From Clostridia bacterium (GTDB lineage Bacteria; Bacillota; Clostridia; UBA1381): a stretch of DNA of 64,000 nucleotides. The notes under the pieces were generated by a model. It was not told where the DNA came from. It saw only the letters and a list, made by a program, of their open reading frames with translations, and did not search any database. The stretch spans positions 63 through 64,062 of the forward strand of contig JAFRDB010000128.1 in assembly GCA_017404065.1 (NCBI GenBank), given 5' to 3'. How positions within the stretch are numbered: position 1 is the first letter of the stretch; each line of letters starts with the position of its first letter. This document shows positions 42,516 through 50,917 of the stretch, in pieces. A program made the translations under genes and the position numbers.

Positions 42516-42695
42516 TTAATCCTCAACCTTGATAACTTCCTTACCCTTGTACTGTCCGCAGTTCGGACAAACTCTGTGAGGCAGCTTAAGAGCCTTGCAC
42601 TGGGGGCACTCTACAAGATTAGGTGCTTCAAGCTTCCAGTTGGCACGTCTCTTATCTCTTCTGGCTTTTGAAACTTTATTCTTAGGTACTGCCAT
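42516..42695 (-). CDS. rpmF: 50S ribosomal protein L32
   Basis: My own translation gives [59 protein letters not shown]. At 59 aa it is below the track cutoff. GGAGGTG RBS. Confidence 0.9.
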   Translation of the reverse strand: MAVPKNKVSKARRDKRRANWKLEAPNLVECPQCKALKLPHRVCPNCGQYKGKEVIKVED

Positions 42696-42732
42696 TAATT
42701 ACACCTCCAATTAAAATAACTCAGGCTCATAC

Positions 42733-43251
42733 TTAGTTCTCGTCATCACGACGATCCATTATATCCTTCAGTCCAAGCCAGCGCGGATCGATATATTCCC
42801 TGTCACAGCCGCAGTCGACCTCGTTAAGGTTGCTGCCGCACACAGGACAGAGCCCCATGCAACCATCACTGCACAGATATTTACCTGATGTATTCATCAG
42901 AAAATTATCCGCCACGATCTCATCAAGCTCGACCTCATGTCCGTCAAAAAGGATAATATCCTCATCCTCTGACGCGCCGTCCTCCACTCTTGAAAGCAGC
43001 TCGTGGATCTCTATATCCACATCCGCCACTACCGGAGAGAGACACCGCGCACACTCGGTTTCCACCTTGCCCGTTACGCGGGCATTGAGCGTTAGCGACT
43101 GACCGTTATTGTATATATCGCCCTTTATTCTGAGCGGCTCGGAAAATCTGTAGCTTTCACCAAGAAACTCAGCGCCATGGAGCCCGATATTATCATCAAG
43201 CTCTATCTTTGCGCCCTGTATCTTTAGTATAGATGAAACATCCAACAGCAT
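42733..43251 (-). CDS. yceD: YceD/DUF177 family protein (large-subunit rRNA accumulation protein)
   Basis: Cys clusters CARCL...CSDGCMGLCPVCGSNLN...CGC, and the conserved position directly upstream of rpmF. ATG 43251 has a GGAGGAAG RBS. Confidence 0.8.
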   Translation of the reverse strand: MLLDVSSILKIQGAKIELDDNIGLHGAEFLGESYRFSEPLRIKGDIYNNGQSLTLNARVTGKVETECARCLSPVVADVDIEIHELLSRVEDGASEDEDIILFDGHEVELDEIVADNFLMNTSGKYLCSDGCMGLCPVCGSNLNEVDCGCDREYIDPRWLGLKDIMDRRDDEN

Positions 43252-43308
43252 TTTTCTTCCTCCGCCCATATCATACGCCGACAAGTTGGTTTATAAATAT
43301 GAGTATGA

Positions 43309-43680
43309 TTACTTCAATTCGATCTTAGCGCCGGCTTCCTCAAGCTCTGCCTTCATCTTCTGAGCTTCCTCTGCCGGAACAGCTTCCTTGATCGTGCCCG
43401 GTGCGCCGTCTACAACAGCCTTTGCTTCCTTAAGGCCAAGACCTGTAAGGTTCTTAACGATCTTTATAACGTTCATCTTTGACGGACCAACCTCTGCGAG
43501 AACTACGTCAAACTCTGACTTCTCCTCAGCTGCTGCTGCGCCGTCACCTGCTGCGCCTGCTACCATTACCGGAGCTGCTGCGCTTACGCCGAACTCCTCT
43601 TCCATCATCTTTACGAGCTCTGCTACTTCAAGTAACTTAAGTTCCTTGATCGAATCAAGAATTGCATTTAAATCTGCCAT
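43309..43680 (-). CDS. rplL: 50S ribosomal protein L7/L12
   Basis: 123 aa. Ala-rich hinge and a C-terminal domain [41 protein letters not shown]. Confidence 0.95.
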   Translation of the reverse strand: MADLNAILDSIKELKLLEVAELVKMMEEEFGVSAAAPVMVAGAAGDGAAAAEEKSEFDVVLAEVGPSKMNVIKIVKNLTGLGLKEAKAVVDGAPGTIKEAVPAEEAQKMKAELEEAGAKIELK

Positions 43681-43724
43681 TTTATTTTCCTCCTGTTAAA
43701 TGTTGATTTCTTTTTTTATTTTAA

Positions 43725-44309
43725 TTATTCTGCAGCCGGTGCTGCTTCTTCTGCCGGAGCCGCTTCCTCTGCAGGAGCTGCCTCAGCTGCCTTCTTTGCT
43801 ACGAGATCGGCTATCTCTACGCCGCCGTCAGCTATAGTACCAAGTAATCTTACTAAGCCGCCGATCGGTGACTGCAAGCTGCCCATCATCTTAGCTATGA
43901 GCGTCTCGAAGTTCGGTGTAGCCGCAAGCTTCTTGACTTCGTCAAGACTCATTACAGCGCCATCCATGAAACCGCCCTTCAACTCAAGCTTCTCATTGCT
44001 TTTAGCAAAATCAGCTATTACCTTTGCCGGTGCGACTGCATCCTCAGATGATACCGCAAGAGCTGTAGGACCGTGAAGTACCTCATCAAGTCCATTCATG
44101 CCAAGCTCATCAACAGCGCGCTTTAATATCTTGTTCTTAATAACAAAATACTTAACGTTCGCTTCACGAAGCTTGTTACGAAGATCTGTATCCTCTGCTA
44201 CATTAAGACCTCTGTAGTCAACGAGAACACCGGTCTGAGCCGACTTGATCATCTCAACTGTCTCGGCAACAAGTGCCTGCTTCTCTGCTAAAACCTTTGC
44301 GTTTGGCAT
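43725..44309 (-). CDS. rplJ: 50S ribosomal protein L10, with C-terminal AAPAEE repeat tail
   Basis: 194 aa. VLVDYRGLNVAEDTDLRNKLREANVKYFVIKN. The tail is AAPAEEAAPAEEAAPAAE. Confidence 0.9.
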   Translation of the reverse strand: MPNAKVLAEKQALVAETVEMIKSAQTGVLVDYRGLNVAEDTDLRNKLREANVKYFVIKNKILKRAVDELGMNGLDEVLHGPTALAVSSEDAVAPAKVIADFAKSNEKLELKGGFMDGAVMSLDEVKKLAATPNFETLIAKMMGSLQSPIGGLVRLLGTIADGGVEIADLVAKKAAEAAPAEEAAPAEEAAPAAE

Positions 44310-44466
44310 AATTTTTTCACCTCCTGATGTGATTGATTATGACCGTATAAAAGACCCCGTATATGCAGACATACGGGGTCGTAAAATTCTTTTTGAATTT
44401 ATACCTCGGTGGGACTTACGGATCGCTCCTGCCGACTGTCTACGGTCTGTTTATTTCAACCTCAAT
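44310..44466 (-). ncRNA. rplJL 5' leader (probable L10-leader-type autoregulatory attenuator)
   Basis: A 157-nt leader lies between the promoter (44467-44495) and the rplJ ATG. It contains an intrinsic terminator, GACCCCGUAU-loop-AUACGGGGUC + UUUUAU (44347-44380), about 40 nt before the RBS. The L10 leader is an established cis-regulator in Firmicutes, but I have not matched the consensus structure. Confidence 0.45.
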
Positions 44467-44495
44467 ATGATAACACATATTGAATGGGTTGTCAA
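44467..44495 (-). promoter_or_regulatory. rplJL promoter
   Basis: Minus strand: TTGACA (44490-44495), 17 nt, TATCAT (44467-44472). Confidence 0.55.
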
Positions 44496-44607
44496 GTATT
44501 ATTTTTATGCTTGTGACAAATTTTGCGTCCCACGCGGTAATGCAGACAAATTATACTTTTGTACATTTGCATACGAAACCGTGCGTACTGCGTAATATCA
44601 GCCAGGC

Positions 44608-45303
44608 TTAGTTACCGAGCTTTGCCTGGTTTACCCTGATTCCGGGGCCCATCGTTGAAGCTACAACCACGCTTCTGAGGTACTGTCCCTTTGCAGCCGA
44701 CGGCTTAGCCTTTACAACTGCGCCGATGAGTGCGTTAAAGTTCTCAGCAAGCTTCTCAGGACCAAATGATACCTTACCTATCGGGCAGTGGATGATGTTT
44801 GTCTTGTCAAGTCTGTACTCAACCTTACCTGCCTTGATCTCGTTAACGGCTCTTGTAACATCCGGTGTAACAGTGCCTGCCTTCGGTGACGGCATAAGAC
44901 CCTTAGGTCCGAGCACACGACCCAAACGACCAACAACACCCATCATGTCCGGTGTTGCAACAACCACATCAAAATCGAACCAGTTCTCATTCTGGATCTT
45001 CTCTACAAGATCCATCTCGCCTACATACTCTGCGCCGGCAGCCTTTGCAGCCTCTGCATTGGCGCCCTTTGCGAATACGAGCACTCTTACGCTCTTACCC
45101 GTACCGTTCGGAAGAACGATCGCGCCTCTTACCTGCTGGTCTGCGTGTCTTGAGTCAACGCCCAGCTTGATGTGAGCCTCAACTGTTTCGTCAAACTTCG
45201 CCTTAGCTGTCTGCGTGACAAGCTTCATCGCCTCGTCTGTCTCATAAAACTTTGATCTGTCGATCAGCTTTGCGCTTTCCTTATACTTTTTACCTCTGAA
45301 CAT
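44608..45303 (-). CDS. rplA: 50S ribosomal protein L1
   Basis: ATG 45303 ([18 protein letters not shown]...) has AAGGAGG upstream. [23 protein letters not shown] is typical of L1. Confidence 0.95.
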   Translation of the reverse strand: MFRGKKYKESAKLIDRSKFYETDEAMKLVTQTAKAKFDETVEAHIKLGVDSRHADQQVRGAIVLPNGTGKSVRVLVFAKGANAEAAKAAGAEYVGEMDLVEKIQNENWFDFDVVVATPDMMGVVGRLGRVLGPKGLMPSPKAGTVTPDVTRAVNEIKAGKVEYRLDKTNIIHCPIGKVSFGPEKLAENFNALIGAVVKAKPSAAKGQYLRSVVVASTMGPGIRVNQAKLGN

Positions 45304-45323
45304 TTCTTGATCCTCCTTCGTGC

Positions 45324-45749
45324 TTAGTCGCCTACAACTACGCCCATGCTGCGGCATGTACCCGCGATCATGCTCATAGCTGCCTCAAGTGAAGCTGCGT
45401 TAAGATCAGGCATCTTTGTCTTTGCTATCTGCTCAACATCTGCCTTTGAGATCGTTGCGACCTTTGTCTTGTTAGGAACACCCGAACCGCTCTCGATCTT
45501 ACATGCCTTCTTGATCAATACCGCTGCCGGAGGAGTCTTTGTGATGAATGAGAACGAACGGTCGGCATAAACCGTGATTACAACCGGGATTATAAGGCCG
45601 GCATCACCCTTCGTCTTTTCATTGAATTCCTTCGTGAACTGCATAATGTTTACACCATGCTGACCCAATGCGGGGCCAACCGGCGGTGCCGGTGTAGCTT
45701 TTCCGGCGGGAATTTGTAATTTGATATAACCTGCTACCTTTTGTGCCAT
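45324..45749 (-). CDS. rplK: 50S ribosomal protein L11
   Basis: ATG 45749 starts [38 protein letters not shown]... (141 aa). AAGGAGGTG RBS. The track start at 45944 is an artefact. Confidence 0.95.
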   Translation of the reverse strand: MAQKVAGYIKLQIPAGKATPAPPVGPALGQHGVNIMQFTKEFNEKTKGDAGLIIPVVITVYADRSFSFITKTPPAAVLIKKACKIESGSGVPNKTKVATISKADVEQIAKTKMPDLNAASLEAAMSMIAGTCRSMGVVVGD

Positions 45750-45955
45750 TACGGCCACCTCCTTGATTTTCACAGCGTCATGCGCTGCATGTGGTTTTGA
45801 CGGGTTTTCACCCTCCCACTCCGTTTCCGGAGGGAAAACTATCCGACCGCTTAGCGGTCTGTGATAACAGAGAACAGATAATAAGGAAGATATTTCTTTA
45901 TTATAGCTGATTCTCTTATATCTGAATTGCGGTGTTATCCGCAATTACTGACTGA

Positions 45956-46480
45956 TTAGTCGGCATTCTGCACCTGTGTGTAGTTTATCTCCACAGATGT
46001 CTCTCTGCCAAACATGGAAACATTGACCCAAAGTGTGCCTGTTTCCTCGTCAAGCCTGTCGATGTTGCCCGAAAAGCCCTCCATGGGGCCTGACATTATC
46101 TCTACAAGGTCTCCGACCTTGTACGGTATCTCTGCCCTTCTTGCCTCATCCACACCCATCATCTTTACCTCTGCGTCCGACAGCGGTACGGGCTTGGAAC
46201 CGGGGCCGACAAATCCGGTAACGCCGCGCGTATTACGCACAACGTACCAGCTCTCATCCGTCATTATCATCTTAATGACAACATAGCCCGGAAAAAGCTT
46301 TTTCTGAACGACCCTTTCTTCATTACCGCGCTTTTCGATCACCTCTTCAATGGGCACCTTCGCCTCCATGATAAGATTCTGAAGTCCGCGATTTTCAACG
46401 GTCTTTTCTATACTTTCCTTGACCTTGTTCTCATAGCCGGAATAAGTATGGGCAACATACCATTTTGCTTCCTCTGCCAT
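45956..46480 (-). CDS. nusG: Transcription termination/antitermination factor NusG
   Basis: WYVAHTYSGYENKV (NGN domain) and a C-terminal KOW (GDLVEIMSGPMEGFSG). Confidence 0.95.
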   Translation of the reverse strand: MAEEAKWYVAHTYSGYENKVKESIEKTVENRGLQNLIMEAKVPIEEVIEKRGNEERVVQKKLFPGYVVIKMIMTDESWYVVRNTRGVTGFVGPGSKPVPLSDAEVKMMGVDEARRAEIPYKVGDLVEIMSGPMEGFSGNIDRLDEETGTLWVNVSMFGRETSVEINYTQVQNAD

Positions 46481-46523
46481 TATGATCGCTCCTTTCTACG
46501 CTTTTTGGAAACGTATGATCCGA

Positions 46524-46748
46524 TCAAAGTGACGGTAAGAAGCTTGTAAGCTTTGCAAATCCCAGATCAAATACGAAAAGGAACAAACCGATCATAATGA
46601 TAAATGCAATTATAACGGCTGTATTCTGCTTAAGCTGATCCTTGCTCGGCCATGTTACCTTTTTCAGCTCTGACTTTGTTTCCTTTAAATACTTCTTAAG
46701 CCTTGCGAAGAAGGGCTTCTTTTTACTATTAACTACTGCGTCAGCCAT
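46524..46748 (-). CDS. secE: Preprotein translocase subunit SecE
   Basis: 74 aa with a single C-terminal TM. ELKKVTWPSKDQL motif. Located between rpmG and nusG. Confidence 0.9.
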   Translation of the reverse strand: MADAVVNSKKKPFFARLKKYLKETKSELKKVTWPSKDQLKQNTAVIIAFIIMIGLFLFVFDLGFAKLTSFLPSL

Positions 46749-46773
46749 ACTACTCTAACTCCTTCTTATATGA

Positions 46774-46923
46774 TTACTTTGTTTCCTTATGTGTAGTGTG
46801 CTTTCTGCAGAAACGGCAATACTTGTTCATTTCAAGTCTGTCCGGATCGTTCTTTTTGTTCTTCATTGTATTGTAGTTTCTCTGCTTACACTCCTGACAA
46901 GCCAATGTTATCTTAACTCTCAT
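46774..46923 (-). CDS. rpmG: 50S ribosomal protein L33
   Basis: My own translation gives [49 protein letters not shown] (49 aa, below the track cutoff). Confidence 0.9.
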   Translation of the reverse strand: MRVKITLACQECKQRNYNTMKNKKNDPDRLEMNKYCRFCRKHTTHKETK

Positions 46924-47007
46924 TGCTCTAACCTCCGTTTTATTTAATAGGGTTCTTCAGATAAAATTGCATAGCAAAAAAAAAGAACCTTTTTCCTTGT
47001 CCATGTA

Positions 47008-47036
47008 ATTCTAACATATACGGGGGTGATTGTCAA
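47008..47036 (-). promoter_or_regulatory. Promoter of rpmG-secE-nusG-rplKA
   Basis: Minus strand: TTGACA (47031-47036), 17 nt, TAGAAT (47008-47013). Confidence 0.6.
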
Positions 47037-47158
47037 GAACTTTTTTTAAAATATTTATTTTTGTTTATAAAAAGTTTAAAACTTTCTTATATAATGTTTA
47101 TCAGATAAGGATATTATGGTAATGTAACGTTACAATATATATGAAAGGACAGATATTT

Positions 47159-48052
47159 ATGAAGAACAAAAAGCTTATTCCCGTAATATGCTTCGCTTTG
47201 GGGACATGCATGCTCGCAGCAGGCGCAGCGGCGGGATATAAGACTGCGAACGGATATGACGCGCTGAAAAAATCTATGCTTGCAACGCGCGAGCTTACAA
47301 ACTGCACATTTAACATGGATACAAAAATAAGCTTCGACGGGAAAGAGATAGTGAACGGTCAAACGATTTGGGAGGGTGATCTTGATAATAAAATGCTCCA
47401 CTCAAAAAACACCTACGATTACAACGGTGTAAGCTCTTGTGACGAATACTATCACTACAACGACACGATGTATCGTTTGGAACAGAATGATGTATATATC
47501 AAACAAAATGATTATACATGGTATTACGAAAATCCATGGGGCATCAGCGAGGATGACGCGCCCACCGTTGATAAGGTCTTGACTTTTTTGGAGCTCGCCG
47601 CAGATACGGTCGTGGGCGACCTGCGCAACAACTTCACCTGCACAGCGGACGAGGATGACTATACCTCATACCGCGTATCGCTTGACAGTGTTCAGATACC
47701 GGAGATAATAAACGCAGGCTTGGGTGTTATTTTTGCCATTTCAAACGACACCGTCAATTATGCGTCCGTCACAGACGAAAACGGCAACGAATACGATATT
47801 TCCGAAGACGAGGATAACATGAATTACTATACCGCGCGGATGGGTAACGATCCGGTAGTAGACAGTGTAGCTCTTGACTACACACTTGGTAAGGACGGCT
47901 CATTCCGTGACGGAACGGCTGTTGTGATATTTAAGGGCGAGGGACACGAGATAAGATTCGATATTTCCGCAAGCCTTGACAGCATCGGCACGACGCATAT
48001 TACGACACTCGAGGATCAGGGCGCAGAGATAAAGGAATATCAAAAACCGTAA
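47159..48052 (+). CDS. Hypothetical secreted/lipoprotein, first gene of the ABC/two-component module. The stop codon is created at the MITE junction.
   Basis: ATG 47159 (MKNKKLIPVICFALGTCMLAAG) has AAAGGA 9 nt upstream. There is a signal peptide with Cys. No family was recognised. Confidence 0.55.
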   Translation: MKNKKLIPVICFALGTCMLAAGAAAGYKTANGYDALKKSMLATRELTNCTFNMDTKISFDGKEIVNGQTIWEGDLDNKMLHSKNTYDYNGVSSCDEYYHYNDTMYRLEQNDVYIKQNDYTWYYENPWGISEDDAPTVDKVLTFLELAADTVVGDLRNNFTCTADEDDYTSYRVSLDSVQIPEIINAGLGVIFAISNDTVNYASVTDENGNEYDISEDEDNMNYYTARMGNDPVVDSVALDYTLGKDGSFRDGTAVVIFKGEGHEIRFDISASLDSIGTTHITTLEDQGAEIKEYQKP

Positions 48053-48261
48053 ATTTCAGTTTAACTCCCTCAGTCACGCCTGTCGGCGCGACAGCTCCCT
48101 CATAGAGGGAGCCAAGTGTTTCGGGCTACCACAATTCTTGCCTCCCTCTTGAGGTGAGCGACACGCTTGCGTGTCGTAGGCGTGTTGCACAGCAACAAAC
48201 GCCGTAGCTAAAGGGTGGCAGCCCGTAAGGGCTGACGGAGGGAGTCCACTAAACTGAAATT
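48052..48261. mobile_element. MITE-like element copy B, flanked by TA/TA
   Basis: Terminal inverted repeats are AATTTCAGTTTAACTCCCTCAGTC (48052-) and GACGGAGGGAGTCCACTAAACTGAAATT (-48261). TA lies at 48050-51 and 48262-63. The internal hairpins are CTCCCTC-ATA-GAGGGAG, CGACACGC-TT-GCGTGTCG, GTTGC-ACA-GCAAC and CAGCCC-GTAA-GGGCTG. Confidence 0.7.
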
Positions 48262-48284
48262 TACTCTCAAAGGAGAAATATACA

Positions 48285-48998
48285 ATGATAGAGATCAAAT
48301 CACTCACCAAGCTATACAAGAACAAACGCGGTATCCGCGGCATCTCGCTTGATATCCGGGACGGAGAAATCCTCGGTCTGCTCGGGCCGAACGGATCGGG
48401 CAAAACAACGCTTATGAAGGCGTTGCTTTCGCTCGTGCCCGACTACAGCGGAGATATAATCGTTGACGGGAACGATCTGCGCGACGATCTTGAGAATGTC
48501 CTTGCGCGTACAGGCGCGCTCATTGAAGCTCCGTCCGTATACAAGCGGCTCACGGCATATCAAAATCTGTGTCTTGCCGCACGGCGGCAGGAGGATACGG
48601 AGGATATTGACCGTGTGCTGGATATTGTGGGGCTCTCCCAATATAAGAATGAGAGAGCCGGACATTTTTCACTCGGCATGAAGCAACGGTTAGGCATAGC
48701 CGCTGCTGTCCTCGGCACGCCCGATATTATTGTGCTTGATGAGCCTACAAACGGGCTTGATATCGAGTCTGTCGTGGAGCTTAGAGAATACATACACAAG
48801 CTTAACCGCGAGAACGGCACGACCTTTATCATCTCAGGTCATATAGCGTCCGAGATAGAAAAGCTCTGTACACGCGCCGCCGTTATTTACGAGGGTGAGA
48901 TAATAGCTAATGAGAGCATCGAAAAGATATTATCGCTCTACCCGTCAATGGAGGAGTTCTTTTTAAACAAGGTGCGCGAGAGGAGGGGCAGTATATGA
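48285..48998 (+). CDS. ABC transporter ATP-binding protein (ABC-2/antimicrobial-peptide-export type)
   Basis: Walker A GPNGSGKTT, signature FSLGMKQRL, Walker B IIVLDEPTNGLD. Confidence 0.9.
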   Translation: MIEIKSLTKLYKNKRGIRGISLDIRDGEILGLLGPNGSGKTTLMKALLSLVPDYSGDIIVDGNDLRDDLENVLARTGALIEAPSVYKRLTAYQNLCLAARRQEDTEDIDRVLDIVGLSQYKNERAGHFSLGMKQRLGIAAAVLGTPDIIVLDEPTNGLDIESVVELREYIHKLNRENGTTFIISGHIASEIEKLCTRAAVIYEGEIIANESIEKILSLYPSMEEFFLNKVRERRGSI

Positions 48999-49738
48999 GC
49001 CGGTTCACGTTCGCATATAAAAAGGAATGCTTTAAGCTTCTGCACAGAAAAAAATATATTGTACTTGTCATTCTCGGCATCTTGGTAAGCATTGTTCGGT
49101 ACGGCGGAACGGCGCTCTTGGCGCGTTTATCCGAGGACACCATTAAGCTTACATCAAGACTGTCTCTTGAAATGCTGCCGTTTGCCGTTGAGATATTGGC
49201 GCCGACTGTGATCCTGTTTGCCGTTTGTGATCTGTTCGCTACAGAGCTGTCGAATGACACCATGAAGGTCTCTTTGCTGCAGCCCGTGTCGCGGTTCAAG
49301 CTGCTGACGGCAAAGGCGGCGGCAGCGCTTACCGCGGGCGCGGCATCGCTGATCGTAATGTTTGTTGTCAATCTTATAATACAGATTGTTGCCGGTAACG
49401 GATTTTCGGGTATGGGCGCAGCTTTTGCGGCATATCTGATAGATATAGTTCCGCTTGTCGGTATCGTTTTTTTGGGGATAACGGTGAATCTTTTGATAGG
49501 CGCACCCGCGGGGGCGGCTATATGCTCGATCGCCGTATACGCAGCAATGAAATATCTGGGGCTTTACACCTCCGCCGCGAACACGCTCCTGTTCACAGCC
49601 GCGGCAAAGCTGCACCAAATGCTGCTCGGACACACGCTGCCCTTTGGCGCGTTGATGTGCCGTCTGGGTATTTTATTTGGAAGCATCTTGATTTTATATT
49701 CGGTTTCGTATATAATATTCGATAAGAAAAACATTTAG
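48995..49738 (+). CDS. ABC-2-type transporter permease
   Basis: 247 aa with about 6 TM segments. ATGA overlap with the ATPase gene. Confidence 0.7.
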   Translation: MSRFTFAYKKECFKLLHRKKYIVLVILGILVSIVRYGGTALLARLSEDTIKLTSRLSLEMLPFAVEILAPTVILFAVCDLFATELSNDTMKVSLLQPVSRFKLLTAKAAAALTAGAASLIVMFVVNLIIQIVAGNGFSGMGAAFAAYLIDIVPLVGIVFLGITVNLLIGAPAGAAICSIAVYAAMKYLGLYTSAANTLLFTAAAKLHQMLLGHTLPFGALMCRLGILFGSILILYSVSYIIFDKKNI

Positions 49739-49750
49739 GAGCGATAACAC

Positions 49751-50917
49751 ATGAGGATACGCCAAAAATTTCAGCGATACAATCTGATACTGCTTATTGC
49801 CTCGATAGGGCTTATAGGGGTCATCTCCGTATTGTTTTTGGTTATCTTCATCTTGAAATTCCCTGTTGAACAGCTTTATATTACCCGCGTGGAGCTCATT
49901 AACCCAATAATACTCTCACGGGCAGTCAGCACGTTTTTCAACAACAACCCGGAGGCGATACTCTATCTTGTCATGTACATACTGGTATGCATCATCGTGT
50001 CCGCCGCCGTGTGTACCGCGCTGACCTATTCCCTTTCAAGGAGCCTGGAGCTGCCTATAAGCGAGCTGCGCGGTGATGTCGATAAGATCCGCGGCGGCAA
50101 GCTTAGCTTTGAGGTGATGGGCAGCGACTATGAGGAGCTGGATAATCTCGCAGAAGGCGTTGACGAGATGCGCCGCGCTCTTTTGCTCTCGCGCGAGCGC
50201 GAGGAGCAGCTGAGACGTGAGCGTAATATGCTTGTAGCTAACGTCGCGCATGACCTGAGAACACCGATAACCTCTATAAAGGGCTATATTGACGGCATAC
50301 GCGACGGCATAGCCGATACCCCCGAGATGCGCGAACGCTACCTGAACACCATAAAGCTCAAGGCGGATATGATAGACGACCTCGTATCAAATCTTTCTCT
50401 TTATTCGATGCTTGAGATCTCCGGTATAACGCTTAATAAAACGCGCGGTGATCTGCGCGAGCTTATACATGGCATACTGGACGGGTTCAGGCTTGATATG
50501 GAACAGAACAGCATAACACTTACGACAGATATTTCGACTGATCCGCTTACAGTCGATATCGATGGAGACAAAATGCGGCGCGTGTATGTTAATCTTATAG
50601 ACAATTCAATAAAATACCGCCAGGACAGCAATTGCCATATAGACATAAAGGTGTTTGCCGAGGACAGCTATGCCTACGTTGTTATAGCCGATAACGGACA
50701 CGGAATAGCACAAAACGAGCTTGCACATGTTTTTGACAGCTTCTATCGAGCAGACAAATCGCGTAGCTCTGAGGTCAAGGGCAACGGTCTCGGGCTTGGT
50801 ATTGCAAAGCAGCTTACGGAAAAGCACGGCGGAAGGCTGTGGCTGAGAAGTGACGGTATAAACAAGGGAACGACCGCTACAGTCGCGCTGCCGCTGGCAA
50901 AGGAGCAAAACGAATGA
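49751..50917 (+). CDS. Sensor histidine kinase with a short (~30 aa) extracellular loop
   Basis: Two N-terminal TMs, a HAMP-like linker, H-box VANVAHDLRTPITSIKGY, and G1/G2 boxes DNGHGI / GNGLGLGIA. Confidence 0.9.
   Translation: MRIRQKFQRYNLILLIASIGLIGVISVLFLVIFILKFPVEQLYITRVELINPIILSRAVSTFFNNNPEAILYLVMYILVCIIVSAAVCTALTYSLSRSLELPISELRGDVDKIRGGKLSFEVMGSDYEELDNLAEGVDEMRRALLLSREREEQLRRERNMLVANVAHDLRTPITSIKGYIDGIRDGIADTPEMRERYLNTIKLKADMIDDLVSNLSLYSMLEISGITLNKTRGDLRELIHGILDGFRLDMEQNSITLTTDISTDPLTVDIDGDKMRRVYVNLIDNSIKYRQDSNCHIDIKVFAEDSYAYVVIADNGHGIAQNELAHVFDSFYRADKSRSSEVKGNGLGLGIAKQLTEKHGGRLWLRSDGINKGTTATVALPLAKEQNE

Noticed and set aside
45750-45955. A ~200-nt leader upstream of rplK with a hairpin after nusG (AATTGCGGATAACACCGCAATT) and a GGGAGGGUGAAAACCC segment. 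It could be an L1-binding autoregulatory site.
   Set aside because: This is plausible by analogy with the E. coli L11 operon leader, but I cannot match a defined consensus by eye, so I left it unannotated.
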